Source of the DNA: Basidiobolus meristosporus CBS 931.73
Taxonomy: Eukaryota; Fungi; Basidiobolomycota
Direction: 5' to 3'
Length of the DNA: 64,000 nt
Assembly (NCBI GenBank): GCA_002104905.1
Contig: MCFE01000044.1
Location: 62,001-126,000 of the forward strand
Shown: positions 1 to 11,998 of the stretch, in pieces
How the letters are laid out: each line of letters opens with the position of its first letter
Numbering within the stretch: the first letter of the stretch is position 1
Program-made: the position numbers and the translations under genes
Notes under the pieces: generated by a model
The model's database searches: none
What the model was told of the DNA's origin: nothing
The model's input: only the letters and a program-made list of their open reading frames with translations

Positions 1-1767
1 TATTTTGGTGGTATTGACGCCTTCTGAGCTCTTGAAATGTTGCCTAGCTTATTTGCCATATGAACATCCCTTACAAACATTCAATTTGATCAGAATGGAG
101 TATTTTAGGCCCAAAACATACTGAGTTTTTCACCAATTGGCTCATTTTCTGTTCCCCTATGTGTCCTAGCCTCCTATACCATGTCTCCTGGTTGGTTTCA
201 TCAGTTTCAGCAATGTTGACATACTTGGGTACAATGATCTTGCATTGTAACTTGTATATATTGTGATCTCTGATTCCCAAAGCTAATTTTTGTCCATTTT
301 CACTCAATATTGAGCAGCTCAGCTTAGTAAGAGCAAGTTTCAGTCCCTGAATAGTTGCTTTACTGACTGAGAGTAGGTTCTTAGCTATTCCAGGTACATA
401 GAGTACATCAGTCAGTTTTGCTGTTGTTGCCCCTGAGTTATCACTCATATTTAGTTGTATAGACCCACTGGCGGTAGCTTCCAATGCAGAGTTATCTCCC
501 AGATAAGCCTTTCTTACGGGAATAGTTTTTAAGTTGCTGAACCAATCCTTTATACCACAAGTATGCTGTGATGCTCCAGAGTCAATATACTATTCATTAC
601 TTCCGTTACTTGCACTCTCTTGTACAGTTACAAATAACTGTACATCAGTAGTTATATGGTTTGCCTGCTCTAGTTTCTGTTTCTTGTCTGCTTGTTTCTT
701 ACTGCATTCTCTTGCCCAGTGTCCTGGCTTCTTACAGTAGTTACAGCAGCCAGGTTTTCTTTGGTTTTGTTGCTTTCCCTTCTTTTCTGTATGCCTTTCT
801 GAACTGAAAGTGACATAGTCTAAAGTCAGGTTGTCTTCTCTGCTTTCAAAAGAAAGTATGAGTGGCTCATACTTGTCTGGTAGGCTGCAAAGTAGACAGA
901 GTTTCTTTTCTTCATCCTCTACACCAGCATTAATACTGTAAAGTTCTTCTGCAAGTGTCTCCATTCTGGTAATGAGTTGTAGCATGTCATCATCTGGCTA
1001 CTTCCTCATGTTGAAGAACTTTTGTTTCAAATAAAGCTGCTTGATACTGACTTTGCTCTAAAGATCTTCTCTAAGGATTCCCATGCTGTTTTGGCAGTAT
1101 CTGAGGCATGGATTTGTCCAAGGAAGGAGTCTTGCACATTGTTGCATATGGCATTGAAGGCCTTTCTCTCCTTCTCTTGAAGCTTCTCCACATCTTCTGC
1201 TGTTCCTTTGGGCTCAACTTCCTTTCCTGTTACTATGTTCCAAAGCTTTCTTTCCTCAAGGTGGATCTGCATCTTGATTCTCCAAAGTCTGTAGTTCTTC
1301 CCATCAAACCTCTCCTTTACAGGGAAGATGTAGGTATTGCTTTGTTTGCTGGTAGAAGTCATCTTTAGAATAGATTAAGGCAATTGGGGCTCATAACCTG
1401 TTGCAATTTGAGAAGTGATTTGGATATAAGGAACTTATCAAGAAATAGTGATAATAGTTGCACTGTTGTTTATTCATAAAGAAGCTCAGTATCTGTACCT
1501 TTGTAGAAGTAATACAGCTGTAACACTGAGTAGGGAGGGTTTCTCAATATTCAGGAGCATTCTTTAACAGTTTCAGGGTTAGTACATAATGTTTTGTAAT
1601 AGTGCTAACTTGATCCTGACTATAGGGGAATAATCATAAGATCATATATCTGGAGAAAGTGGCAAAGTCAAGGCAGTAAATGAGTCCTACAGTGACTAAG
1701 ACTAGTCTAGAATTGTTAAGTAAATTTTTAGCTGCTGAATGATACCAAATAGTCCAATATTTCAACA
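1..1767 (-). mobile_element. Ty1/copia family A element, 5' part (5' LTR, PBS, gag, protease, start of integrase); continues off the left edge; decayed
   Basis: ORFs 1027-1362, 590-985 and 71-484 match the gag/PR of the full-length copy at 11999-13357. There is a 1-nt deletion near 1035, an in-frame loss of 22 codons (GRLLHEE...DNAL) and a +1 base near 125. PBS revcomp GGGGCTCATAACC at 1386-1398. Confidence 0.95.
1399..1767 (-). repeat. Family A 5' LTR (369 bp)
   Basis: TGTTG...CAACA termini; reverse-complement match to 11594-11962. Confidence 0.93.
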
Positions 1768-1789
1768 TTTCAACCATTGGTCAAAGATC

Positions 1790-2390
1790 TTGCCATGTCA
1801 ATTCTTGATCTATTTGCACATTCAGTAGCTCCATTGAGCTATGGGAGGTATGGTACAGTGGTCTTTTTTTTGAGTATTTTGTCCAAATAATCAAAGTTGA
1901 CTTGTACAAATCTCTTGTACCAAAGTATTTATACTTCTCCAATTGAGTTATTTATTTTGGCTTCCAGACCACTTTAAATTTTTAAATTAATTACTTTTTT
2001 GATTAAGCTTTTCTGACTTACTTTGGATATTTTTTTGTACAAGTTATTTTGATTCTAGAGAAACTCTAATTGTCTTGCAAACTACCTCTTACTTTATACT
2101 ATTCCCTTCTAAATCTTTAAAAAAGTTTTTTTGCTGTAGGTATAGCACTACCTCCATGTAGATAGGCTTAGAACAGCTGCAAGAGCATGTGTGCAAAGTG
2201 TGGGGCTGTTTGGACAACTTTGGGATTTTGCATGTACTGGATACCTGATACTTGATGAAAACAATTTAAGTAAATCCTGACAAGGAGTTTGGTCAGTACT
2301 CTCTATAATTTGTAGGTATTCTCCAAGTGACTACCTTACAACAATATATAGGTGGAATCACAAATGTAACAGTAGTTACAAATATCACAA
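1790..2390 (-). mobile_element. Decayed copia integrase fragment plus partial family B LTR
   Basis: Reverse strand near 1790-1860 reads like TVPY.P.LNG..E.ANRS.IDMARS. 2190-2380 resembles the family B LTR reverse complement. Confidence 0.55.
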
Positions 2391-3329
2391 ACTCTCATGC
2401 CATACTGTAATAGATCTTTCTGTCAGCTTGTCTTTGAGCAATATTGTTATGCTTCAAAAACTGCACAGTGTTCCTCAGCTGTTATAGTGGGGAGTGGTTG
2501 GATTCTTGGCTACCTGACTGAGAGCCTGAGGAGCTTGCATTATTGCCTTTAGTGGTCACAATGTCAACATATCATTTTTTGGATGTTGCTCTGCTCATTG
2601 CACTGAGCATCCAATCAAACTGTTATCTACTCTGCTTCTGAGGCTGTCAGTCAGAGGGTTTGGCTCAGAACAAGAGAGTTCTGCTTTTTCTTTTAGCAAC
2701 ATATATATGGGAATGAGCCAAGTCAAGGGGGAACTCATATAGGTACAATGTCCTAAATATAGGACTGTCTTAAATTCACTGGAGTATTGACAAAAAAGTG
2801 AAATAGTAGCATTACTTTGCTGAGTGTTAGTTGTGTGCCTCATGGAAAAAACTACTTCAATTTGGCACCATAAGAGAAGAGAAAAAAGACCATGTGGCTG
2901 TTGTAACAAGCTACTCAGTCACAAAGCACATCAATAACATTGGAATCAATGCAAGGATTATGGCTAGTGTCTTACCACTCAAGCTGACTTGAGCATTTGT
3001 CAGTCAATAGTGTACCAATAATATCTTGCTGGCCACTAAAAATAAATGTAATAGCACCAAGCCATACTTGTCACCTTGCTCAGACTGAATCAGGTGCATT
3101 TATGCTGCATTTTGTCTCACATAAACCTTGAGAGTATAGCCAGCAGAGTTATAAATTCAATCATGAAGGCTCACTGATGGATTATGAGCCTATATCAACT
3201 CACAGTAGTATCTTGCAGGAACCTAGCAAAAATTCCAAAATGCAATGAGAAAACAAACATGAAAAAAAGGCCAAATATACATTTTTAAGCTTAGTCAGCT
3301 CAGTAATACACTTACTGGACAATGATGTG

Positions 3330-4150
3330 ATGTAGTGGCTAGAGAAGTGGCATATTTCCTCTAATATTACCTATAAATGTTAAAGAATAAGCACCAAGCT
3401 CCTTGTTGGGATTTACTTGGAATATATTCTCCTAAGTATCAGGTACCAAGAGCATGGAAGTACTCAAAGCTGTTAAAACAGTCCCAACTTAGCACACATT
3501 TTGTGAGGTCTTTCTAAGCCTATTCTATATGCTTACTGTGCTGAGACCTTATAAAAGTATCAATACCATATGTACATTCTTATAATCATCAAATGAAATC
3601 CACATAAGCCACATGATCTCCCAACCACCTCCAGCATCTCCAAGACTCTTACAAAAGGTTATTAGCCCCATGCTGCCACTCTGTGCAATGACTACTACGT
3701 ATATTTCCAGAATTTGCCCCTCTTCTGAAAAGGAGGATGGATCTAAGTACTAAGTGTGGAAGGTGCAGATGAATATGCTACTACAAGTAAGAGACCTTTC
3801 TGATATGTGGTAATGGAAAGTATTCAATTACTACATATCTCAAAACCAATATTGCACTCATTTCTTCACTTTGCTTTTTGCTATTGTCACACACAAGTAA
3901 AAGATTAAGAATTTCTAAATTTGAAATACAAATGCTCCAGACCCTAAAAAGAAATCAACCCAAGAATATCATGTCATGCAGAACACTTAGTAGTCAATAC
4001 ATGTCTCAAATTACTGCTCATTTTAAGCAGTACTTGAGGAGCAATGATCAAAAAAGTCCAATTATTGTACATACTTGTCTTATTGCTAGGATTACTATGG
4101 TGACTTCAGTGGCATGTAACCTTTGTGCCAGCCAATCAAATCATGTGAAA
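3330..4150 (+). mobile_element. Decayed family B-like LTR, degenerate PBS and gag remnant
   Basis: LTR end ...CAAGACTCTTACAAAA at 3656, followed by GGTTATTAGCCCC (3657-3669) and GATGGATCTAAGTACTAAGTGTGGAAGGTGCAGATG (DGSNY.VWKV.M-like). Confidence 0.65.
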
Positions 4151-5149
4151 TTCTCACAGGTGCTGCACCTATGTCTGATCTGTGCCACTGCAAAATTTAG
4201 CTTTGTTTCACATGTATTACTAGCGCAAGCACCCAAAAACTCTGATCCTTCTGAAATTTCATATATATGACTTCCTCAGCTGAAAATAAAGGTGAGCCCC
4301 TCTTTCCAGAATCTCCACACTACAATTACAAGCTTAAAGGTTATACAACTTCCCCTGCATCTCTTGTACTGTTGAGTATTCTGACCTTGATTGGTACTAC
4401 ATCAGTAAAGTGACTGCAAAGCTCACAAGAATCCAATCTAATTTCTACATGAAAGCTGCCACTTTTCTATCAGAAAAGTCCCCTCTAAGAAACCCCTTTA
4501 CTCTGAAGACACCCTGTTAGACACCCCCTTAGGTCTAGAGACCCCTTCAGAGACCTCTCCAATACACCTGTTTAGGTTAAAGGGGTGCTTAGAACTTCCA
4601 TATTAGAAAATCCTATCCCACAAAGGGAGGTAACTTCCAAACAAGGAAAGGTACTATAAAAGTAAATAAGCTCAATAGTTAACAGAAGGTCAGTGCTGTA
4701 GAAGTGAGAATCACTGCCTATAGTATATTTTGGGCCTAAGATTGAGGATATCAGTGAAAGTTATATCTTTTGTCAGTATATCAAACTCCCAACAAACTAT
4801 TTCAGTATTAGCATACTGGGGGTTATTGTATATTGTTGATTAGTCCCTGCATTGCCAAACAAGCCCCAAGCTAATCACAATACAACACAACAGATATTGA
4901 CATGGGAGAAGAATGCCCCCCTTGCAACATAAGAGAAGAAGTAGTACTCTGAATACCAGAAATAGCCATATACCTACTATCTGTAAGCAAGGCTGCAACA
5001 GAAGGACTCAGTTTCAGTTTTGACAACTCTGGAGGCAGCATTACTGATCAAAGTGGTTCTCATACTGCTTTGGGTCTGTAGGTGGAGTATACAGTTGTTC
5101 TGACTTTGGAAGCTGTAGTCAATTATCATCTTCAAAGTTGCAGAACTCA

Positions 5150-5949
5150 GGTCATACTTTTGTTAAGATGCAAAGTAAGTTGGGTATTAGAGCTCTAAAG
5201 CTTCCATGTGACAAGCTTGTGGCCATATTACCCTTTAAATCTGACTAAAGACAAAACCAAGGTATTCCTAGCAAGCTTTTTGCAGTGGCCATTGCACCTT
5301 GTCAATACTCCATGCACAAAACACCTGAGAAGTGTTGGATGTAGCTCTCCCCTGGACTTATACACCACCACCCATGTGGCACACATTGTGAGGGGTTCAT
5401 AGAGGTTACCTAAGATCAGACAAGATTTACTAGATGATTTGAGTCATTATTCACATATAGAAAAGACACTACCAACAAGAAAAAGGTTTCAACACTAACC
5501 TTACTATTCAGGATGAATTCTTTGTCATTACCACTCAGACATGAAGTTCCACAGCTTGATGGAAAGAATTTGCATACCCCCATATTTAAATGTGTGAAGC
5601 TCTTCCCAATGAAATATTGCTAAGCTTCTCTGACAAGGACATGTTCTCTCTGACAGGACCTTGATGAAGACTCATCTACATACCAAGTATAGTATATCCC
5701 ATATATACTATGGAATTGAAGGCCTAAGATACTTTGGAAGGACTGATCTTTCCAAGCTACCACTGTTGACTGCCACATTGACAGTGGCTACAGGATATGT
5801 GTTATGCTGCCAGACTTCTGGAAGACACTTAGTAGCAAGGAACTGTTGTATCTTGGTACAGATAATAGAGGCAATATAAATGATGCTAACTCAGCCTCTA
5901 GGCTGGTCTATAGTGTAGTGCAATAGTTCCCTTTTGAGATATTGGAAGT
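5150..5949 (+). mobile_element. Highly decayed reverse transcriptase/RNase H remnant (Ty3- or DIRS-like)
   Basis: With indels, plus-strand motifs appear in RT order and spacing: TFVK, LP, LP(F)GL (~5345-5360), (Y)LDDF (~5425-5440), then MELKA (~5710) and RGNINDANSASR (~5870-5905). A related copy lies at ~18090-18350. Confidence 0.35.
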
Positions 5950-8314
5950 TGCTAAAATATTAGACTATTTGCCATTACTCAGCAGCTAAAATTTACTTAA
6001 CAATTCAGGGGTAGTCTTGGTCAGTGTAGGACCAACTTACAGCCCTAACCTTGCCAATTTCCTATGGTCTATGATTCTGTGATTACTCCCTATAGTCATG
6101 ATCAAATTAGCACTTTTACCAAACATTGTGTACTAGCCCTGAGACTTTTATAGAATATTCCTGAGTATAGAGAAACAATGGAGGGGAATACCAATTAAAG
6201 AAGTTTGCAAAATACTGCTCATCTGCTTATTTACTTCAACAGACCACTGTTCCACATGTTCCAAAATAAAATGGAGTTGCAAAACATTCAAATAGAGCAA
6301 TAGTAGTGATGGGAAGGTCTATGCTACATGATAAGGGGAGGGACAACAAGTTATGGGCTAAATCTATTGCTACTGCAGTTCACATTAAGAATTGATGCCC
6401 AACAACTACACTACTATGCTACACTTCTTGAAGCATATATAGGCTGAAAACCATACTTCCTGCACCTTGGGATCTTTGGCAGTGATACTTTTATCACATC
6501 CCTGACAAAAAAAGTGCAAAGTTAGAAGCAAAGAGCGGAAAAGGGAACTTTCTTGGGTATTGTTGAAATCCTGAAGGCAATAGAGTGTACAATGGCAAAT
6601 TCACAAGCTTTTCAATTGCAAGGATGATGTATTTGTGAGGATTTCATATTAGACAGCCACTGAGAGCATTGAGCAGCTGCCTCACAGTGCAACCAACACT
6701 AATGAAGAAGATACATTCACAATTCAGCCAGATATTCAAGATAATATCCGCCAGATCCCAATCAAAGCAGATTATCCCAGTTGCGGGATTTGCCCAGCTG
6801 AGGGATTTACTTGAATACAAAATGCCACTGGAGCTGGGTTGCAGACATTGAATGATCATGAAGAAGCTTGTCTTGTTGTAATTGCCAAACCATAGAATTA
6901 TGAACAGGCTATGCAAGGTCTATATGCTACTATGTGGCAACAAGCCATGGAGGAGGAGTGCCCATAATTAACCAGGGCAAAATGTAGGAACGGGACCAGG
7001 AGGCACTTAAACACACAAAATCAGATTGCTTCAGCAAGTTTTACATGAATGAACTTGGAAAATTGAACTATTTTCTTGGAGTTGAAGTCAAATTTGACAT
7101 TCCTTCACAGAAAGTTGTGCTGAATCAGTCTAAATACATCAGGGACATTCTTGGAAGCTTTAAAATGGAAAATTGCTAGCCTGCATTGACCCCCATGGAA
7201 CAATAACTTGAAAATGAGATATCTTGACCAGTTTTGGTGAAAAATGCTCAAATATGGACCAAAACTTCCCTTATTAATGATAGATGGTATCCTGATCTAC
7301 ATGATAATTTCTACATATTTAATATTGCAGTGGCAGCTGGTATGGTTAGTAAATTCAGGCAAGATTATGGATCAGATCAAATTACAGCAGCTAAGCAGTT
7401 TCTCAGATATCTAAAAAGTACCACAAATACAGTACTGGAATACTCTGGAGCACCTGATAGGCAAAAGGTGATGGTTATAGTAACTCAGATAGGGGTAGGG
7501 ATCTGATTGACTGACCCCTGATTTCTGAGAATATATTTCATTGTCCTGGTGCAGTTATTACTTTGAATTGCAAGAAACAACCAACTGAGGCCATATTTAC
7601 AACTGAAGCTAAATATATGGCTGCTTGTCAAGCTACCAAGAAGGCTATATGGCTACAAAATTTATTTAAAGACTATGGTTTCAGCTCAGATGAACCATCA
7701 TGTATTTACAAGGATAACAAAAGATGTATTTCATTAGCTAGGAATCCTACTAATCTTGCCAGAACTAAGCGCATATATATACAACACCACTTTGCAAGGG
7801 AAGCTGTAGAAAGTAACTTATAGGAGTTTGTTTACTGCCCAACTGACAAAAAGGTGGCAGTTATATTGACAAAACCACTAGCTAGGCTACAATTTGAGAA
7901 TCTTGCAGAGAAAATAGAATTAAAAAATTATTTGTTTAGGTAGGAGTGTTGAAATATTCAACTATTTAGTAACTTTCAGCAGGCAAGAATTCACCTAATA
8001 ATTCTGGACTAGTTGTGGTCACTGTTGAACTAAGTTACAGCCCTTACTCTGCCACTTTCTTCAGATCTATGATCCTTCAAATATTCTTCTGTAGGCAAGT
8101 TCAAATTAGCACTTTCACCAAATATTATGAACTAACTCTGAAACTCTTACAGAATACTCATCATTGTTGAGAAGCTCTCCTTACTTGTATTATAGTTGTA
8201 ATACTTCTACAACGGTATATGTACTGAACTTCTTTATGACTAAACATCATTTCAGCTGTTACCACTATTTCTTGATGAGGTCCTAATATCCAAATCATTA
8301 CTCAGGTTACAATA
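5950..8314 (+). mobile_element. Old, internally deleted family A-related copia element
   Basis: Partial 5' LTR from 5950 joins directly to integrase (~6170). RT/RNase H fragments follow (ORFs 7234-7506, 7563-7823), then a PPT and 3' LTR 7947-8314. Flanks GAAGT (5945-5949) and GAAAT (8315-8319) form a TSD with one transition. Confidence 0.8.
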
Positions 8315-8595
8315 GAAATCAAGGTATACTATGCCTCTTCATCTGCTAGAAGGTAAACCTTGACCTCCTGCATGTTACAACAAGGTAGACCAGTGCTAGG
8401 GACACATATACCACCTTCTCTGATAGATCTATAGGTATACTGTACAAGGATCTATCCCTGGGCCTCAGTCAGCAATTTATGCTGTAGCACCAAGTAATAT
8501 GAGGACACATAGTGCTTGCCAGAAGATGCATGTAGTCATAGAAGTAGATAAGGAACACAACCACATACTACATCTCAACATTTGAAGCTGCTCAC

Positions 8596-8690
8596 TGTTG
8601 AAATATTGTACTTTTTGGTATCATTCAGCAGCTAAAAATATACTGAACAATTCTAGACTAGTGTTGGTCCCTTTAGGACTAATTTGCACC
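8596..8690 (+). repeat. Partial family A LTR (5' ~95 bp)
   Basis: TGTTGAAATATTGTACTTTTTGGTATCATTCAGCAGCTAAAAAT matches the LTR A start. Confidence 0.8.
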
Positions 8691-11052
8691 CCCTGGGGAA
8701 GCACCAGGAAGTATACAATCTAAGCCTGAGAGGCCTAATCTACTTATCATTGATGATAGAAACTTAATACCATAGGAGATCTTATTTTTGTGAAAATTTT
8801 GAAGAGTCATGATAAGGTTTTCTCCTTTAAGAATAAGTAGATGGGACTTTTAGAGACATAAATTGGAGCACCTATCCCAGTTTATATAATAGACTTGTTC
8901 CATTGTACTGTGCCAGGGTGCATGGAGCAATCCATGGTCTCTAAGAACAATTGGGCTCAATATTATAGCTACCAGTAGGCAGGATTGGTCTTGGACAATA
9001 TTGCACCATGTGGGGCAATCTTGCATACTATAGCACAATCTGACACAATGAGGTTGGCACATATGAATGCGCCAACTTGTGATGTTTGCATCACATGTGC
9101 AATTGGATGCCCCTATGATGGTATGTAAAATCCGGTATTTAGATATATTTCTTTGATATAAATAAGAATAAATGTGTATCAAACTATAAACTACACTGAT
9201 ACTTACCATTTTTGTAACCATCACTCCAATAGACTGGTATCTCAGCAGTTGATAGATCCAAAAGTATCCTGAAGCTGTCAGCCCCCAATTGGCTCTGTGA
9301 CCACTACACAAGCTACATGATTTGCCATCAAATATTCCATTTTGCCCATTGAGCAAGTAAATCCCTGACCCTAGTGATTGGACAAGGTGTCATAGCTAGC
9401 ACACAACAGAGCAAACAGGTACAAAACAGATCAAATGGCTGCACCAGTGTAGCAGATGATGTATATATATGCATGGTGTTTTTTTATAGAGGTCTTGTCT
9501 CAAATGTGAGATAACCTTGATATTACTTATTTCAAAAATTTGGTGATTACTGATTGGAGGTGGCTTGAGTTAGATTGCAAAAAAATGCATTGTTTGGATC
9601 ATGCCATATAATAACAATTCAATGTAATTGCATCATCTTCTCCTAGGGTCTTTTCTTACAGGGATTAGTACTGAAGTATTGGTAGTAATTCACTTTGCAA
9701 ACCCAGACTACTTCCATATTGACTATTCTCTTGGCTGCTTGTATATTTATATTCAGTATTTTGCCTCCTAGTTGATGAGTGCAATGCTGCAGCATGGCCA
9801 AACCTAATTGCTCTGGATGATGCTACTAAACCTGCCTGCAGTGCTACACACTGATGCGTTCTTTTACTTCCAAGAGGCTTGGGTGGTGAAGGCACTTCTG
9901 TGGGTCATCACCAGTTGTTTCACCAGAAGGAACTTGCTGATGATCAGGTCTTATGGCACATGCAGGGGCAACTTGATGCGCTGGAATGGCCCTTGGCTGA
10001 GTTTAATGTGATGGTGCTTGTTGACACAATTTGGCCCACTCCAATGGACTTGTGTCTAAATGAGCAGTGTGGCAAGTTCAGTGGTTTTTCTGTGAGGCGT
10101 TCATGTTGACCTGACACAAGTTGACTCAATCCAGGGTGCTCTTGTGAAGGGTGTTTTGTAGCTTGGACTGGCATGGGCTGGCATGCCAAAGTTGCAAGGG
10201 ATGGTGAGGAATCCAGTAAAGAGTGCTGGTGCAATCTAGAGGCTGTTGCTTTTGGATTGTATCCTTCCTCTTGAAGCTTACCTTCTGATTCCTCAAGGTA
10301 TTCACTTACCTTCTGTCTAATACTTAACAACTGTTGTCTGCATGAGTTCTGTGTATATTGCTCTTAGAAGCCACTTGGCACTACTAATATATGGTGCAAT
10401 ACATTATTCATTTGAGCCAAAAACTCATTCAAAATCTCTTTGGTTCCCAGAGTTGAGGCATGAACAGCAAATCCCCTCACTCCCAGCTTAATCTTGATTT
10501 CAATACTTGTCTTGTTATATATCTTCATACATACATCCACTGGCATCTTAATGCTGAACTCATGCCACAGCATTCTACTCAGGCTCTTCTATCTCTGTTG
10601 ACTTTCTCAGGTATCTGGCTCTGCTAGATTAATGAGTAGAGCCCTAATATCTGAATGAAGGCTCATCATAGACATTTGGGCCATACTAAAATCATTTGGC
10701 AAGAACTCAGACAGATCTAACATCAGATTCACTGGTTAGGACCATGCTAGTGAGCTGAGGGATGGGTTTTTTCTGGGTTGTACTAACAATGAGCTGAGAC
10801 TTGGTTTAAGGACCATAGTGACTAATTTAGATACTCCTACAGTAGTGTATTGGCATCAACCTGGTTGTATATGAGATATATATGAGAACTATTGTGATTG
10901 TTGAGTTTTCCATATAATATGCATGGTGCATCTTGGATCACAATGGCATGGATTGGATCACATCAATTGCAGATTTCCTGTTTGATTATAGACTTGTGAG
11001 CAAAGCATCAATAAAAATACCAAGTCATTGTTTGAGGATGATATTTGCAACA

Positions 11053-11593
11053 TAATGATGGGATACATGGCATTTGATGAAGGTTTAATCATAATGCAGG
11101 GAAAAACAGATAAATAAAGTAGATCACGCCAAAGCAAATCAATACACCCCAGCCTGATCACCTACCAATATTAATATGACTACTCATCTGAGTAGTCTAT
11201 TCTCATCAATCCCATTGCTACCACTGGATTTCCTTTTGGCATACTTGAGGAGATCTATGCCAGATACTGCGAACCATATACCCCAACCTACTCAAGGAGA
11301 TCCCTTGTTAAGCTTCTTTGCTAATACAAGAACTATTGCCCCACAAGGTTTCATCCCACCATCAAAAATATAATGATAGGATACATGGCATTTGATGAAG
11401 GTTGAATCATAATGCATGGAAAATCAGATAAATAAGTAGATCACCCCAAATCAAATCAATACACCCCAGCCTGATCACCTACCAATATTAATATGACTTA
11501 CTCATCTGAATGGTCTATTCTCATCAATCCCATTGCTACCACTGGATTGCCTTTTGACACATTAGAGGAGATCCATACTAGGCACTGTGACCC
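11053..11593 (+). repeat. ~318-bp tandem duplication in an old Ty3-like element; second unit interrupted by the copia A insertion
   Basis: Unit 1 is 11053-11370. Unit 2 is 11371-11593 plus 16286-~16373, collinear with unit 1 once the insertion is removed. Confidence 0.85.
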
Positions 11594-11962
11594 TGTTGAA
11601 ATATTGGACTATTTGGTATCATTCAGCAGCTAAAAATTTACTTAACAATTCTAGGCTAGTCTTAGTCACTGTAGGACTCATTTACTGCCTTAACTTTGCC
11701 ACTTTCTCCAGATATATGATCTTATGATTATTCCCCTATAGTCAGGATCAAATTAGCACTATTACCAAACATTATGTACTAACCCTGAAACTGTTACAGA
11801 ATGCTCCTGAATATTGAGAAACCCTCCCTACTTAGTGTTGCAGCTGTATTACTTCTACAAAGGTATAAATACTGAGCTTCTTTATGAATAAGCAACAGTT
11901 CAACTATTATCACTATTTCTTGATAAGTTCCTTATATCCAAATCACTTCTTAAATTGCAACA
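11594..11962 (+). repeat. Family A 5' LTR
   Basis: TG...CA termini, TATA-like GGTATAAATA, directly followed by the PBS. Confidence 0.97.
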
Positions 11963-11998
11963 GGTTATGAGCCCCAATTGCCTTAATCTATTCTAAAG

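Noticed and set aside
4480-4570. Short GACACCC/GACCCC-like recurrences as a repeat array or CRISPR-like structure
   Set aside because: Units are irregular, under 10 bp, and lack constant spacing. The DNA is eukaryotic, and no CRISPR array, tRNA or rRNA gene was seen anywhere in the window.
8820-9500. KDZ (Kyakuja-Dileera-Zisupton) transposase assignment from LFALLCA and SINC-like words
   Set aside because: The diagnostic RH, YDIxC and FH..H motifs could not be recovered in any frame; left unidentified.
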